A stretch of DNA of 64,000 bases, taken from assembly GCF_006345805.1 (NCBI RefSeq), contig NC_042999.1, positions 59,892,001 through 59,956,000 on the forward strand, given 5' to 3'. Made by a program: the position numbers and the translations under genes. Numbering within the stretch: position 1 is the first letter of the stretch; each line of letters opens with the position of its first letter. Below the pieces are notes generated by a model. That model was not told where the DNA came from, made no database searches, and saw nothing but the letters and a program-made list of their open reading frames with translations. Below are positions 25,826 through 38,980 of the stretch, piece after piece. The stretch is from Octopus sinensis. Taxonomy: Eukaryota.

Positions 25826-25863
25826 CTGTCCAACGAACGGCAACGGGAAACTCAGAGTAACAG
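25826..25863 (+). ncRNA. Minimal hammerhead relic in a Penelope-like terminal fragment (~25795-25900)
   Basis: CTGT-CCAACGA-A-CG(GCAA)CG-G-GAAAC-TCAGA-GTA-ACAG. Stem I is CTGT/ACAG, stem III is the palindrome ACTC-A-GAGT, the core has two mismatches, and (TA)n follows. Confidence 0.6.
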
Positions 25864-25895
25864 GTTTTGTTGAATTTTCTGCTGCTTCAAATAAA

Positions 25896-25940
<45 letters not shown>

Positions 25941-26013
25941 GAGATGCAAGTATTGTATATAAGTGTAGTTGCTTCTCAACTGCATGATTTTGAGTTCAAC
26001 CCTATTAAATGTG

Positions 26014-26049
<36 letters not shown>

Positions 26050-28511
26050 AAAAAATGAGTAGAGATGGCTTTTGGAGGAATAATTTACATTTTAATGATA
26101 ATATTTCTAGTGACTTGTTTCAAGGTATTTGCCCCTTATCCATGTGGAGTAGCCGAACCCAACAGTACTTATTCTATAGGTCACTTTTACTGAACCCCTA
26201 ATTTATGGGGATGTAAGCACCAGCATCGGTTGTCAAGCGATGGTGGGAGGGCACACAAATACACTCACACACACACACGCACACACACACATATACATGT
26301 ATATATACATGTATGTATATATATATACACATATATATACATACATGTATATATATATATATATATACATACATACACACATGTATATATATATACATAC
26401 ATGTATATATATATACATACATGTATGTATATATATGACAGGCTTCTTTGAGTTTCCATCTACCAAATCCACTGACAAGTGTTTGGTCAGCCTGAGGTTA
26501 TAGTAAAAGACGCTAGCCCAAAGTGCTACACAGTGGGACTGAACCTGGAACCATGTGGTAGGGAAGCAAGCTTCTTACCACACAGCCATGCTGCACCGAC
26601 ACACACAGATATATATATATGCACACATATGTGTAGTTATATATAGAGAGAGGTGGGTGGAAATAGTCAGTTAAAACTTCCAGCTAAGTTAACACAACCA
26701 TCTAAGACATTATCAATATTGATCAAACCAACTTTCTCTTAACATTAGTTGTTTACCGAAAACCAAACTAGTTCTGATGATGGTTGTTGTTGTTGTTGTG
26801 GGTGTTGTTGTAGCTTAATCTGACGTGGCAGTGTCAGTAGTAGTAGCAGTAGTAGTAGTTGTTGTATATGGAATTGAGCATCTACAATGTAAGCATCAGA
26901 TTACATAAACCTCATGGTCAGAGCAGTGAGAGTGAATGATAAGACACTTTAGATTCTTCGGTTATAAATTAAACAACATTGTATCTCATAATGGCACCGT
27001 GCCACCATCATCTCCTGCCAGACATGCATGAAATGAACACATTTTGGCCGTTCTTCAAGGAATCTGTGGCATTTTCTCTTTTTTTCTTTTCTTTTTTTCC
27101 CCCCCTTTCTTTTTGTGTTTTTTTTTTTTTTTTTGCTTTACTCCAGAGATTTTTTTTTTTTTCTTCTTTCCCCCATTCTTTGTCCTTCCAGATTTTATGC
27201 TGGAATAATTGGCATCAGTCCATAGAAATCGTTTTGTTTTTCCTGCTAGGATTTTTTTTTGTTTTGTTCTTGTTGTAGTGTTGTTTTTTTGTTTTTTTTT
27301 TTTCTTTGAAACTTCAGATAGATTAGTGGTTGAAAGAAAGCGATTAGAAATGCTATCGGCTACATTACGTAATCTGCATGGCGAAATAACACTTCATAGC
27401 AAATGTCTTTTCTTTCCTTCTTGTGTTTCTTCCTCTCTCTCTCGCTCTTTCTTTCACCTTCCTTCTTACTCTTCCCCTCTCATTTATATGCCTCCTTCTT
27501 TTACATTCTATCTTTCTTTATCTCTTTCTTTCACTTTCATATTTCTCAATATCTTTAAATCTCTTTAAATATACATTTCTTTTTCTTTCTATCTTATTCT
27601 CCCCACCTCTTCTTTCTCCCCCCCACTTCCTATTCTCCTTGTCTCTTTTATTCTCTCTCACTTTCTGTTCCTCTCTCTTGTCTCTCCCTCCTTCTCTCTC
27701 TGCCTCTCTCCCTCTCTCTCATTGCATCTCTCCTTTATTCTTTTGTTTCTCTCATTTCTTCCTCCCCATTCTTTTGTCTCTCTTTCTCTGTCACTCTTTC
27801 ACTTTATTCTCTGTTGTCTCTTTCATTCTCTTTCTATCACCTGTCTCTCCCTCCCATTTGTCTCTCATTCTTATCTCTCTTACACTCTTTCTCTCTATCG
27901 CCTGTCCATTTTATACTTACCCTTTTCCTATCGCATTCTCTCCTCCCTTTGTCTCTCCCCATCTCTCTACCTCTCTCCCCCTCTCCCTACCTCTCCCCCC
28001 TCTCTCTACCTCTCTCCCTTATTCTTTTGTCTCTCTCATGCCTTTCTCCCTCATCTTTCACTTTCTCATTTATTCCTTTGTCTCTCTCTCTCTCTCTCTC
28101 TTACTCTTTTCTCAGTTGTCTCATTCTCTTTCTATCACCTGTCTCTCCTTCTCATCTCTCTCTCACTCTTTCTCTCATTCTTATCTCTCTTACACCATCC
28201 ATCTCCATCTCCCATCCATTTTGTGCTTTCCTTTTTCCTATTACATTCTCTCCTCTCCTTGTCTCTCTCCCTCCCTTTTCTTTCTCTCTCATAGACATCT
28301 TTTCCTCTTTCTTCTCTTTTTTTTCACACTCAAGCCTTCTTTCCGACTTCCTAAGCCCTTAATCTGTGCACATATTCCTACACAAGCACCGGAGCATATG
28401 GGCCTAAGCTTCTTTCTGCTTCCTACATTTCCACTACTCAATATACAGATACAAAACACAGGCTAAACAATGCTTGATTGATTGCATATAGATATTATTT
28501 CTATTACACAG

Positions 28512-28545
28512 AACCACCATCCGTGACCACCAGCACCACCTGCAA
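28512..28545 (+). CDS. Candidate 34-nt exon ((E)PPSVTTSTTC(K) or (K)TTIRDHQHHLQ)
   Basis: Acceptor tattatttctattacacag and consensus donor CAA|gtgagt. Confidence 0.45.
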
Positions 28546-28919
28546 GTGAGTGTGACATCACAACATATATGCCATTCTTTCACTTACTGTCTTAAGTTCT
28601 TGTTAAGGTGCTGGTATGTTTCCTAACCATGTGATCTTGGTTTCAGTCCCACTGTGTGGCCCCTTGGACCTGTCTCTTCTATTGTTAGCCCCAAGCCAAT
28701 TAAACTTGTGAGTAGAATTGGTTGAAGGAAACTGAAAGAAGCCTGTTATATATATATACTTTTACATGTTTCAGTCATTTTGACTGTGGCCATGCTGGAG
28801 CACTGCATTTTTGTTGAAGAAATTGACCCCTGGACTTATTCTTTATAAGCCTGGTACTTATTCTATCAGTCTCTTTTGCCGAACCGCTAAGTTACAGGGA
28901 CATAAACACACTAAAAGTA

Positions 28920-29648
28920 TCACACCCTAGTGGTTGAGGGAACCTGTGGAAGAGGTAGACCCAGGAAGACCAGGGATGAGGTGGTGAAGCATGACCTTCG
29001 AACATTAGGCCTCACCGCGGCAATGACCAGTGACCAAGACCTTTGGAAATATGCTGAGCTTGAGAAGACCCGGCAGGCCAAGTGAGACCATAATCTTGTG
29101 GCCTATGCCAGGGGTGTAACCAGCCCACTTATGCGTACTTTTCCTTCATTGAACTCTAAACTCTGCTTGTGAAGACCTGTTGAGGCAAGTGAAATCAAAG
29201 TGAAATTCGATGACTGGCATCCATGCTAGTAGAGCGCTAATAGCACCATCCAAGTGTGATCGTTGCCAGAGCAACTAACTGGCTTCCATGCCAGTGGCAC
29301 GTAAAAAGCACTATTCAAGTGTGATCATTACCAGTATCACCTTACTGGCACGTAAAAAAACATTCAAGCGAGGTTGTTGCCAGTGCTGCTGGACTACCCC
29401 CTGTGCAGGTGGCACATAGAAAACACCATTTGAGCGTGGCCATTGCCAGTACCGCCTGCCTGGCCCTCATGCCGGTGGAACGTAAAAGTACCCAGTACAC
29501 TCTTGGAGTGGTTGGCATTAGGAAGGGCATCCAGCTGTAGAAACTTTGCCAGATCAGATTGGAGCTGGTGCAGCCATCTGGTTTGCCAGTCTTCAGTCAA
29601 ATTGTTCAGCCCATGCTAGCATGGAAAGCGGACATTGAATGATGATGA
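28920..29648 (+). mobile_element. 5'-truncated copy of the same RTE family (ORF2 C-terminus, 3'UTR and (GAT)n tail)
   Basis: VEGTCGRGRPRKT-DEVVKHDLRTLGLT..TSDQDLWKY..EKTRQAK* matches the end of the 48337 ORF. It carries four ggcacgtaaaaa modules and ends gatgatgat|atatat. Confidence 0.9.
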
Positions 29649-31587
29649 TATATATATATATACATATACAGACATACATCTGGGGAGTTTCTACACAGTT
29701 TCCATCTACCTAATTCACTCACAGAGTATTGGTCAGTCTGGGACTACAGTAGAAAACACGTGCCCAAAGTGTTGTGCAATAGGTAAAAGAGTAGGAGCCC
29801 ATTTAGTCATGGGATGACCATGGGATTGCACTTAGAAAGTTCCCATTCCGATGTACAAGTCCAGGCAAGCTTGTTTATGGAAGACCAGAAGTTAGTCATG
29901 CATAATGCTACCAATGGTCTCCAAAGGATAAGCAAAGGCCAATACAGCTTGGTACCGTTGATGTTACAACTCATTTCTGCAAATAAGTAGCTGATGCTAG
30001 CGCTGCCTTGACTGGCTTCTCTGCCGGTGGCACGTAAAAAGCACCAACTGATCGTGGCCGCTGCCAGCCTTCCCTGGCACGTAAAAAGCACCCAGTACAC
30101 TCACAGAGTGGTTGGCATTAGGAAGGGCATCCAGATGTAGAAACACTGCCAGATCAGACTGGAACCTGGTGCAGCCTCCTGGCTTCCCAGACCCCGGTCA
30201 AACTGTCCAACCCATGCTAGCACGGAAAACGGACATTAAACGATGATGATGATGAAGTGAACTAGAGACACATGAAATAAAGCATCTTGCTCAAGAACAC
30301 AACACACAACCCTGTCTGGGAATTGAACTCACTACTTCACGATTGTGAGTCCAATGCTCTAACTACTGATCTATTGAAGCCACAGGCATATCTATTGAAG
30401 CTATAGGCATATGGTTGCAAAACAAACTTCTCAGCTGTATGGATATACTCATGCTATTCTTCTGTATGTTTAATATATTATTTCAAAAAATAAGGCAGTG
30501 AGCTAGCAGAAACATTAGCACGCTGAGTGAAATACGTAGCCGTATTTCGTCTGCTGTTACTTTCTGAGTTCAAATTCCGCCGAGGTCGACTTTGCCGTTC
30601 ATCCTTTCGGGGTCGATAAATTAAGTACCTATTTCTTTACTACCCACAAGGGGCTAAACACAGAGAGGACAATCAAAGACAGACAAATGGATTAGGTCGA
30701 TTACATCGACCCCAGTGTGTAACTGGTACTTAATTTATCGACCCCAAAAGGATGAAAGTTAAAGTCGACCTCGGCGGAATTTGAACGAAATACCGCTATG
30801 CATTTCGCCCAGCATGCTAACGATTCTGCCAGCTCACCACCTCGATAAATTAAGTACCAGTTATGCTCTAGGGTCGATGTAATCGACCTAATCCGTTTGT
30901 CTGGCCTTGTTTGTCCCCTCTGTGTGTAGCCCCTTGTAGGCAGTAAAGAAATAGGTATTTTGTCTGCCTTTACATTCTGAGTTCAAACTCCACCGAGGTC
31001 GACTTTGCCTTCTATCCTTTTGGAGGTGATAAATTAAGTACCAGTTGCATATTGAGGTTAATGTACTCGACTGCCCCCGCCTCCCCTCCAAATTTCAGGC
31101 CTTGTGCCTAGAGTAGAAATGAATATATTGTTTCAAAGAATAACTACTGTACATATCAGTTTCCTTCTGAATACCACTTGTCTCACAAATATGCTGTATA
31201 ATAAAAAAAATTATATCAAGGTGCTTTGCCCTTTGATCTTTCTCTTGGTCAGGTGTTGATTCCCTATAGATAACCTTATGTCTGGAATGGTCATTGACTC
31301 CTGAGACAACAATCTCACTAATTCATTAAGAAAAGAAAAGCAAGTAAGATAAACAAACAATTATATGAAAACCTTGCCCTTCCTATTAAGTCATTAAAAA
31401 TAATTGGAGATGCTGTTGTAGCAAGTTTACTTATCAATATAACATATCTCCTTGTTAAATACACACTTTAGAAACTTTATGCAAACATCCTTGTTTACAT
31501 AACTTCTGCACACATTAAACATGAAATATTAAAACAAATTTTTTTTTGTTTGTTTTCATTTTATTTATTGATTTATTTATTTATCAT

Positions 31588-31655
<68 letters not shown>

Positions 31656-32953
31656 GTATATATGTATATATATATGTATATATATATGTATATGTATATA
31701 TAATATGTATATATAATATATATATATACACATACACACATATATTGTGTTTTCAAAGTTGAAATAAAGTGTGAACTATGCTGATGTTGCTATGAGAAAC
31801 AGAATCTGTCTGAACTCTCATCAGGTGTATTATTTTGAATTGAATTAAAAGTAGCTTTGCTACACGCCAATCACGCAGCATCCTGTTGATTCTGCATCTG
31901 GGAATTTTGTTGAGAGCACAAAATATTTGTGAAGCTACTTTACAAAGCTACACACTGGCAGACGGAAACAAAATATTTGTGAAGCTACTTTACACAGCTA
32001 CACTACACACTGGCAGACGGAAACTGCATGGAAGCCCATTGGATGGGCTCAGCATGTAGTTTAACCTTTAATCTTTTAAGCTCTTGCATGATGGGCTGTG
32101 TGGTAAGTATCTTGCTTACCAACCACATGGTTCCGGATTTAGTCCCACTTCGTGGCACCTTGGACAAGTGTCTTCTACTATAGCATTGGGCCGACCAAAG
32201 CCTTGTGAGTGGATTTGGTAGACGGAAACTAAAAGAAGCCCGTTGTATATATGTTTATGTATGTGTGTGCATACGCTTGTGTGTCTGTGTTTGTCCTCCC
32301 CCAACATTGCTTGACAACCAATGCTGGTGTGTTTGCATCCCCGTAACTTAGCGGTTCAACAAAAGAGACCGATTAGATAAGTACTAGACTTCCAAAGAAT
32401 AAGTCCTGGGGTCGATTTGCTCAACTAAGAAGGTGGTGCTCCAGCATGGCCACAGTCAAATGACTGAAACAAGTAAAAGAGTAAAGAGAGAGAGTATCTC
32501 TCAATTCTGCACTGTCTGAAACTCCCCAGTCCTAACCACTTTTGTGGTTAAGGGCATCCAGCTGTAAAAACTGTGCCGAAGCAGACACAGAAGTCTGGTG
32601 CAACCTCCTGCCTGGCCAGCTCCTGTCAAACTGTCCAACCCATGCCAGCATGGAAGGCGGATATTAAATGATGATGATGATGATTATGATGATATTCATA
32701 TATAGTTTTTATATTACGTGACTATGTGGTAAGAAGCTTACTTCCCAATCACATGGTTCCAGGTTCAGTCTCACTGCATAGCAACTTGGGCAAGTGTCTT
32801 CTACTATAGCATCGGGCCGACCAAAGCTTTGTGAGTGGATTAGGTAGACAGAAACTGAAAGAAGCCCATCATATATATATATATGTATATATACAATTGT
32901 TTGTTTGTTTTCCACCTGCCTTCGTCTTTTGTCTATTTTCATAAAGCTTCCCG

Positions 32954-33001
<48 letters not shown>

Positions 33002-33255
33002 GTATCTGTGTGTCTGTGTTTGTCCCCCTACCATTGCTTGACAACCAGTGTTGGTGAGTTTACATCCTTGTAACTTAGCAGTTCAGCAAAAGAGACCGAT
33101 AGAATGAATACCAGGCTTACAAAGTATAAGTCATGGGTTCGATTTGTTATGCTAAAGGCGGTGCTTCAGCATGGCTGCTGTCAAATGACTGAAACAAGTA
33201 TGCAACCACTTGTGAATCATTGACGATTTCCTTCCTCCGTCTTCGACGTTCCTCT

Positions 33256-33290
33256 ATTTCTGAAGAAGAGTTTTGCTCAAAACGTTAAGT
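33256..33290 (+). ncRNA. Minimal hammerhead relic (G12>A) in a Penelope-like terminal fragment (~33200-33380)
   Basis: ATTT-CTGAAGA-A-GAG(TTTTG)CTC-AAAAC-GTT-AAGT, followed by (TA)n. Confidence 0.65.
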
Positions 33291-33703
33291 CCTCTTTCTT
33301 TCGTTTCTTGAGCGTCTGATAATACATTACTTCTGCCACATCCTTGCGTTGTTATTTTTACATGTTTGGATTCACTATATATATATATTTTTATGTATAT
33401 ATATATATATATATATATATAACGTCGCCTTACTGGCACTTGAGCCCCATACTAGTAGGGTGTTAAGAGCACCATCCGAGCGTGATCGTTGCCATGCCAG
33501 TACCGCCTGACTGGCCCCATGCCGGTGGCACAAAAAAGCACCCACTACACTCTTGGAGTGGTTGGCATTAGGAAGGGCATCCAGCGGTACAAACTCTGCC
33601 AGATCAAGATTGAAGCATGGTGCAGCCATCTGGTTCGCCAGCCCTCAGTCAAATCGTCCAACCCATGCTAGCATGGAAAGCAGATGTTAAACGATAACGA
33701 TGA

Positions 33704-33744
<41 letters not shown>

Positions 33745-36191
33745 CAGTAGATCATAAAACATTAGAGTAGTAATATATTTTTTAGCAAGTAATATATTTG
33801 TCTGGTTATATAGTGACCAGACATAGGCTTTGCATCTATAAAGTGCTTAGCCAAATAGGCAACTCGTCAGAGGCAAATAGCCAAGTTGCCTATATGGCTA
33901 AATGCTTTACCTGTGCAAAACTAATGAGTACTCTCTAATCAGCCGTAACAAATCAACTTTCTAATATGTGTGTGTGTATGCATATCCATCTATCTGCGTA
34001 TCTTTATGTCTATCAGGTTATTCATTTGTCTGTCTGTCTGTCTAACGATTCAATTATTAATCTGTCAGTTTTAAAGGAAGTTATGAACTCTCTAATTTAA
34101 AGGAGACAAATTTAATTCCTTCTTCCATCATTTATTTACATCATCATCATCATCATCATCATCGTTTAATGTCCGCTTTCCATGCTGGCATGGGTTGGAC
34201 GAATGACTGAGGGCTGGCAAACCAGATGGCTGCACCAGGCTCTAGTCTGATTTGGCACAGTTTCTACAGCTAGATGCCCTTCCTAATGCCAACCACTCTG
34301 AGAGTGTAGTGGGTGCTTTTCCGTGTCACCGGCATGGGGGCCAGTCTGGCAAAACTCAGCATGTTGCTGAATTTTTATGATTTTTGAAAGGTATTTTTGT
34401 TTTAAATCTAAAATTTCCTACTTGGTCTGCTCAGGCCATTACTACATTATTACAAGACTGAGCTTTTGAGTGAGAAAATCTTCAACAGAGTCAAAGAGCC
34501 AGCTTTGTCATGGTGCTGTAGTGATTCTACCTGAAGATTACATAACAAAGAAGCCCAGGTGACTATGGAATACACATTGTCAAAATTGACAGAAAGATGT
34601 CTACAAGAGGAGAGACAGAACGTGTGAATGCGAAAGTAATAGGCATTTATCTTAACGGAATATGTATGCAAATGTGTGTGTATTTGTGTGTATGTGTGGG
34701 TTTGTGTATTTTTTCCTCTGTGTGTATGGTGAAAGTGTTGCTTAAACTTCACAATCTAACATTAAGATCTTACTCGGTGATTTTCTTTTTCTCACTCTTG
34801 TATCTCAATATCAGTTCTACATATGTGTGTATTTTTTGTATGCATATATATGCATACATAAGCGTGCATATGTATATAATAATAATAATAATAATAATAA
34901 TATTTGGGAGTATAGTATATATATATATGTGTGTGTGTGTATATATATGTTTTTATACACACACATACAATACTTACATTTATATATTCCTACATAAACA
35001 AGCACACATAAACACCTAACCACACACACACACACGTGCTTAGAAAGTAAATTACAGAGGAAAATGGTGTTCCAGTTTATATATATTCCTCATTTTTGCT
35101 GATTACAGCAGTTTTCTTCCACCTCACTTCTTCGTCTCTTTTCTTTACTAATTCATTTATCAACTTGTAATAGAGTGAGTGGTGGTGGTGGTGGTTGTGT
35201 GCGAAGGATGTGGTCATTGGGGTGGGTAGCTGAATGGGTGGATAGATGGTTGGTGTATTTGAGAGTGTTAGTTAAATCGCTGAAAAAAACGCATGCCAAT
35301 TTGATTATGGCCGAGTATTTTATAACGACTAAAGCAATCAAACAAAATTGTTTGGAAACAACAACAGCAATAACAACAACACATCATTCACAATTATAAT
35401 AACAGTAATGAGGTTGTTGTTGTTGTTGTAGGTGGTGGTGGTGGTGTTGATAAAATCACACTTTTCTATAACACAAAGCCTACCAATAACATCACTATAT
35501 ATGCACACACACACACGTGTCAGTGTGTGTCTGTGTATGTGTCTTTATTTCAAGGCCGTTATTATCTAGGCGGCAAGTTGGCAGAAACATTAGCACGCCG
35601 GCGAAATGCGTAGCCGTATTTCGTCTGCTGTTATGTTCTGAGTTCAAATTCTGCCAAGGTTGACTTTGCCTTTCATCCTTTCGGGGTCGATAAATTGTAA
35701 TCGACTTAATCCATTTCTGTCCTTGTTTGTCCCCTCCATGTTTAGCCCCATGTGGGTAGTAAAGAAATCGTTATCTAGGATTGACTGTATATGTCACATC
35801 CCATGGGAAAAGTGACACATCATTGTATGAAGTTCTTTCTGAATGTTGGTTGTAGCTGCTTAACTGCTGCTGCATGGGCAAACAACATGCCTGATGAGGG
35901 CTTTGCAAACATTGGTTTACTTTGTGGATGAAGAAAGTCGAAAAGCCTTGCAGATCCCCAACATTGTGGGAGCAAGAACACTGTCTCGCTTGATGATACT
36001 GTATCACTGTAAATATACATTATATATATATAAAGAGAGAGAGGTTATGAGAGGTAATGGTGATTGAGACCCAAAGGTGTCAGGTAATGCTGAATAAGTG
36101 CTATGGATAGACCATAGTTAAGTTCCAGGTTCAGTGATTATGTGAATAAGGGGTTCAACGTTGGTCATATGTCAGCATGTGTATATAAAGA

Positions 36192-36370
36192 TTTTTTTCA
36201 TAATGAGATAAAAAACCGAAGCTGTGTAGATTTTAGAATATTTATAGATATCCTCTCACACTATCTCTGATGAATGGATATAAATATCCTGGAAACAGCT
36301 GTAAGACCTTCTATCTATAAATGTTCTAAAATCTACACAGCCTTGGGTTTTTTATCTCATTATGAAAAAA
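36192..36370 (+). mobile_element. Fold-back element: ~58-bp inverted arms enclosing a hammerhead
   Basis: 36192-36250 pairs with 36312-36370 (about 2 substitutions and one 1-nt indel); TA-rich flanks. Confidence 0.88.
36264..36306 (+). ncRNA. Minimal type I hammerhead ribozyme with intact core nucleotides
   Basis: TCT-CTGATGA-AT-GGATA(TAAA)TATCC-TG-GAAAC-AGCT-GTA-AGA. Stem III is the palindrome ACAGCTGT, stem I is TCT/AGA, and the base of stem II is imperfect. Confidence 0.8.
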
Positions 36371-36419
36371 CATTTTATATATATATATAACATACCGTAG
36401 ATCTCAGAGGAACTGGTAT

Positions 36420-37330
36420 TGTTTGCACTGTCTCCTTAAAATGCTGCTGTTGAAGGATCCAGTCAGACTCTGCAGCTTTTGTGAGCTAAATTTAGTATCT
36501 TGAGGAGAATCTAAGATAGTCTTTCTCTGCTAACCTGACCAGATGCCCTCACTAAGTTTGATCTGCAGCCCATATGCCTTAATCAGAGCTTGATCAGCTG
36601 CCCTGATGTAGTGAGAAACTCCCATGCTAAATGGGATTTTTCACTGCAAAGCCTACGCTGTACACTTTGAGAGTTTCAGATTTCTTTTCTCAGATAAACA
36701 TGTAGTGGTTTTGTCTCAGTCTGCTAGAGAGTGTGTCAGGTTTGTTTTCTGAAGTATGGCCTTATGTCTCTTGAGATCTTTATGTATGACACTTGTAATT
36801 TTGACTTCACTTGATGCCTTGAAGTTTTTATAAGAGACCCAGTCATCATTGACCACACCTTCCAGCATCTGAGCTTGGGAGCTGGTTCCTTTCATCGTCT
36901 TTTTAGCTAGGGACTACATTCTCATTTTGCTTCTTTTGGTTGTCTCCTTATGTTTCCATTGAAGAATGCAGACTGTGGAAGATGTCAGCTTTGTTTATTG
37001 GAAAGTTGCCAGCTTCAGAGGTGGGCATTTTCAGTTCTCTAAAAGACAAAAACCCCTCTCACCCTCCATGGCAAGAATGCTGGTACCGCACACTACAGCA
37101 CTTAAGCAATGACTTGTATATGCTACTTTCCGTGTTCTGACAATTTCTTCTCCACTCTCTGTGGGTGGGATTGCATTGGTAAGAGCAGGATGCATGCCTG
37201 AGCAGTTTGATGTGTTGCATAGGCTGTTGCTCGTACAGCACATCCCCGCTCCTCCCATGCCACTGATGTATCCAAGACAAACCATCAGAAGCATCATAAT
37301 TTGCTGCCAGCAGTATCACAGGAGTTAACA
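36420..37330 (-). mobile_element. Decayed 5' part (UTR and APE N-terminus) of a second RTE/BovB-like LINE
   Basis: Relic peptides KEPAPKLRCWKVWSMMTG (cf. LKLG.WNVRTM) and DLKRHKAILQKT...YSVGFAVKNP (cf. L.R..I.ALQET...GVGFAV); many stops. Confidence 0.6.
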
Positions 37331-37346
37331 GAAAGATGAAGATGAT

Positions 37347-37730
37347 GCAGGAGTGGCTGTGTGGTAAGTAGCTTGCTTACCAGCCACATGGTTTCGGGTT
37401 CAGTCCCACTGTGTGGAACCTTGGACAGGTGTCTTCTACTATAGCCACAGGCCAACCAAAGCCTTGTGAGTGGGTTTGGTAGACGGAAACTGAAAGAAGC
37501 CCATTGTATATATGTGTGTGTGCGTGTGTCTGTGTTTGTCCCCACCAACATCGCTTGACAACAGATGCTGGTGTGTTTACATCCCTGTAACTTAGCAGTT
37601 CGGCAAAGAGACCAATAGAATAAGTACTAGGCTTACAAAGAATAAGTCCCGGGGTCGATTTGCTCGACTAAAGGCGGTGCTCCAGCATGGCCACAGTCAA
37701 ATGACTGAAACAAGTAAAAGAGTAAAGAGA
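37347..37730 (+). mobile_element. tRNA-derived SINE family A (CORE-like body, internal CA/TA tract). Other copies: minus 274-678, 7190-7380, 7472-7873, 18757-19128, 25630-25790, 26150-26600, 28755-28910, 41954-42337, 44490-45122; plus 32093-32491, 32718-33200, 46995-47150, 51412-51820
   Basis: Head tggctgtgtggtaag...ggttcagtccc (A/B-box-like), then accttgggcaagtgtcttc, and tail gactgaaacaagtaaaagag. Copies are readily alignable by eye. Confidence 0.9.
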
Positions 37731-38384
37731 GTATGACAACTGCTTTAGGGACTATGACTCCACATTTTCCCCATAGATTGATAAAGCCACAAAGCAGTGG
37801 GGATTCAAGATCAGTTTCCCTTTCTTAGATGATCTGCCTTCCCAGAATGACAAATCCTATCTACCTATACATGTTGTTTCTTATTTCTTTACTACCCACA
37901 AGGGGCTAAACAGAGAGAGGACAAATAAGGACAGACAAATGGATTAAGTCGATTATATCAACCCCAGTGCATAACTGGTATTTATTTAATCGATCCCGAA
38001 AGGATGAAAAGCAAAGTCGACCTCAGCGGAATTTGAACTCAGAACGTAGCGGCAGACGGAATACCGCTAAGCATTTCACCCGGTGTGCTAACGTTTCTGC
38101 CAGCTCGCCACCTTCAATGTGTGTGTCTGTATACATATTTGCATGAATATATGAATGAATCCTTATGTCAGTATAAACGAATGTGTGTGTATTTTCATCT
38201 ATTATACATACACACACACACACATGCACACGCACATACATGCACATGCACACAGGATGTCTGAATGGAATATAAGAAACGTGAAATAAAGAAACAATAT
38301 GAAATTAGCTGAATTGTTTCCCAAATACATTTTTCTTCTCTCTTCACACATAAATGTGAAATGCAAAATAATAATAATGATAAC

Positions 38385-38419
<35 letters not shown>

Positions 38420-38949
38420 TAGTGACAAAAAACAACAACAACAATAATAATAAATCTTTGAATAATGATAGTAATAATAGTAAAAATAATCTCAATATTC
38501 ATTTTGCTGTTGTTTTTACATTGTTTCATTGTTGTTCGTTTCTGTTATGTTTTCTTGCTATAATCATATATTTCTTGTCGGTTGTCTTTTGTTTTGTCAT
38601 CCACATCTTCTCCGCATCCATTCCCCACTCACCTAATGTGCGTGTCTTACTGTTTAGCTATATCAGCTGCTTTCTTAACTAATATACATACACACACATA
38701 TACAAACACAGACACATGTATATGTATTTGCCGTGTGTGTGCGCCTGTGTATGAGTAACTAGAATAGGTGTGTTTGTGTGTGTTGAAGGACGCGTTTATG
38801 CAGACACACATATCAACACGCATTTACTTACATGGATGTGTATCTTTTATGCATGTGCGTGAAGATAGAAGTGCCTGTGTGTGTGACTAAATTTTTATGA
38901 ATTTGTGTGGAATGATGTGTGTTTGCATGTGTATCTGTCTATCTGTCTT

Positions 38950-38980
<31 letters not shown>

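Noticed and set aside
27333-27383. Possible plus-strand exon RLVVERKRLEMLSATL
   Set aside because: Weak donor (C|gtaatc); too uncertain to list as a feature.
27423-28466. 347-aa plus-strand ORF
   Set aside because: Lies in a CT-rich low-complexity tract that cannot form stop codons; L/S/F-only composition.
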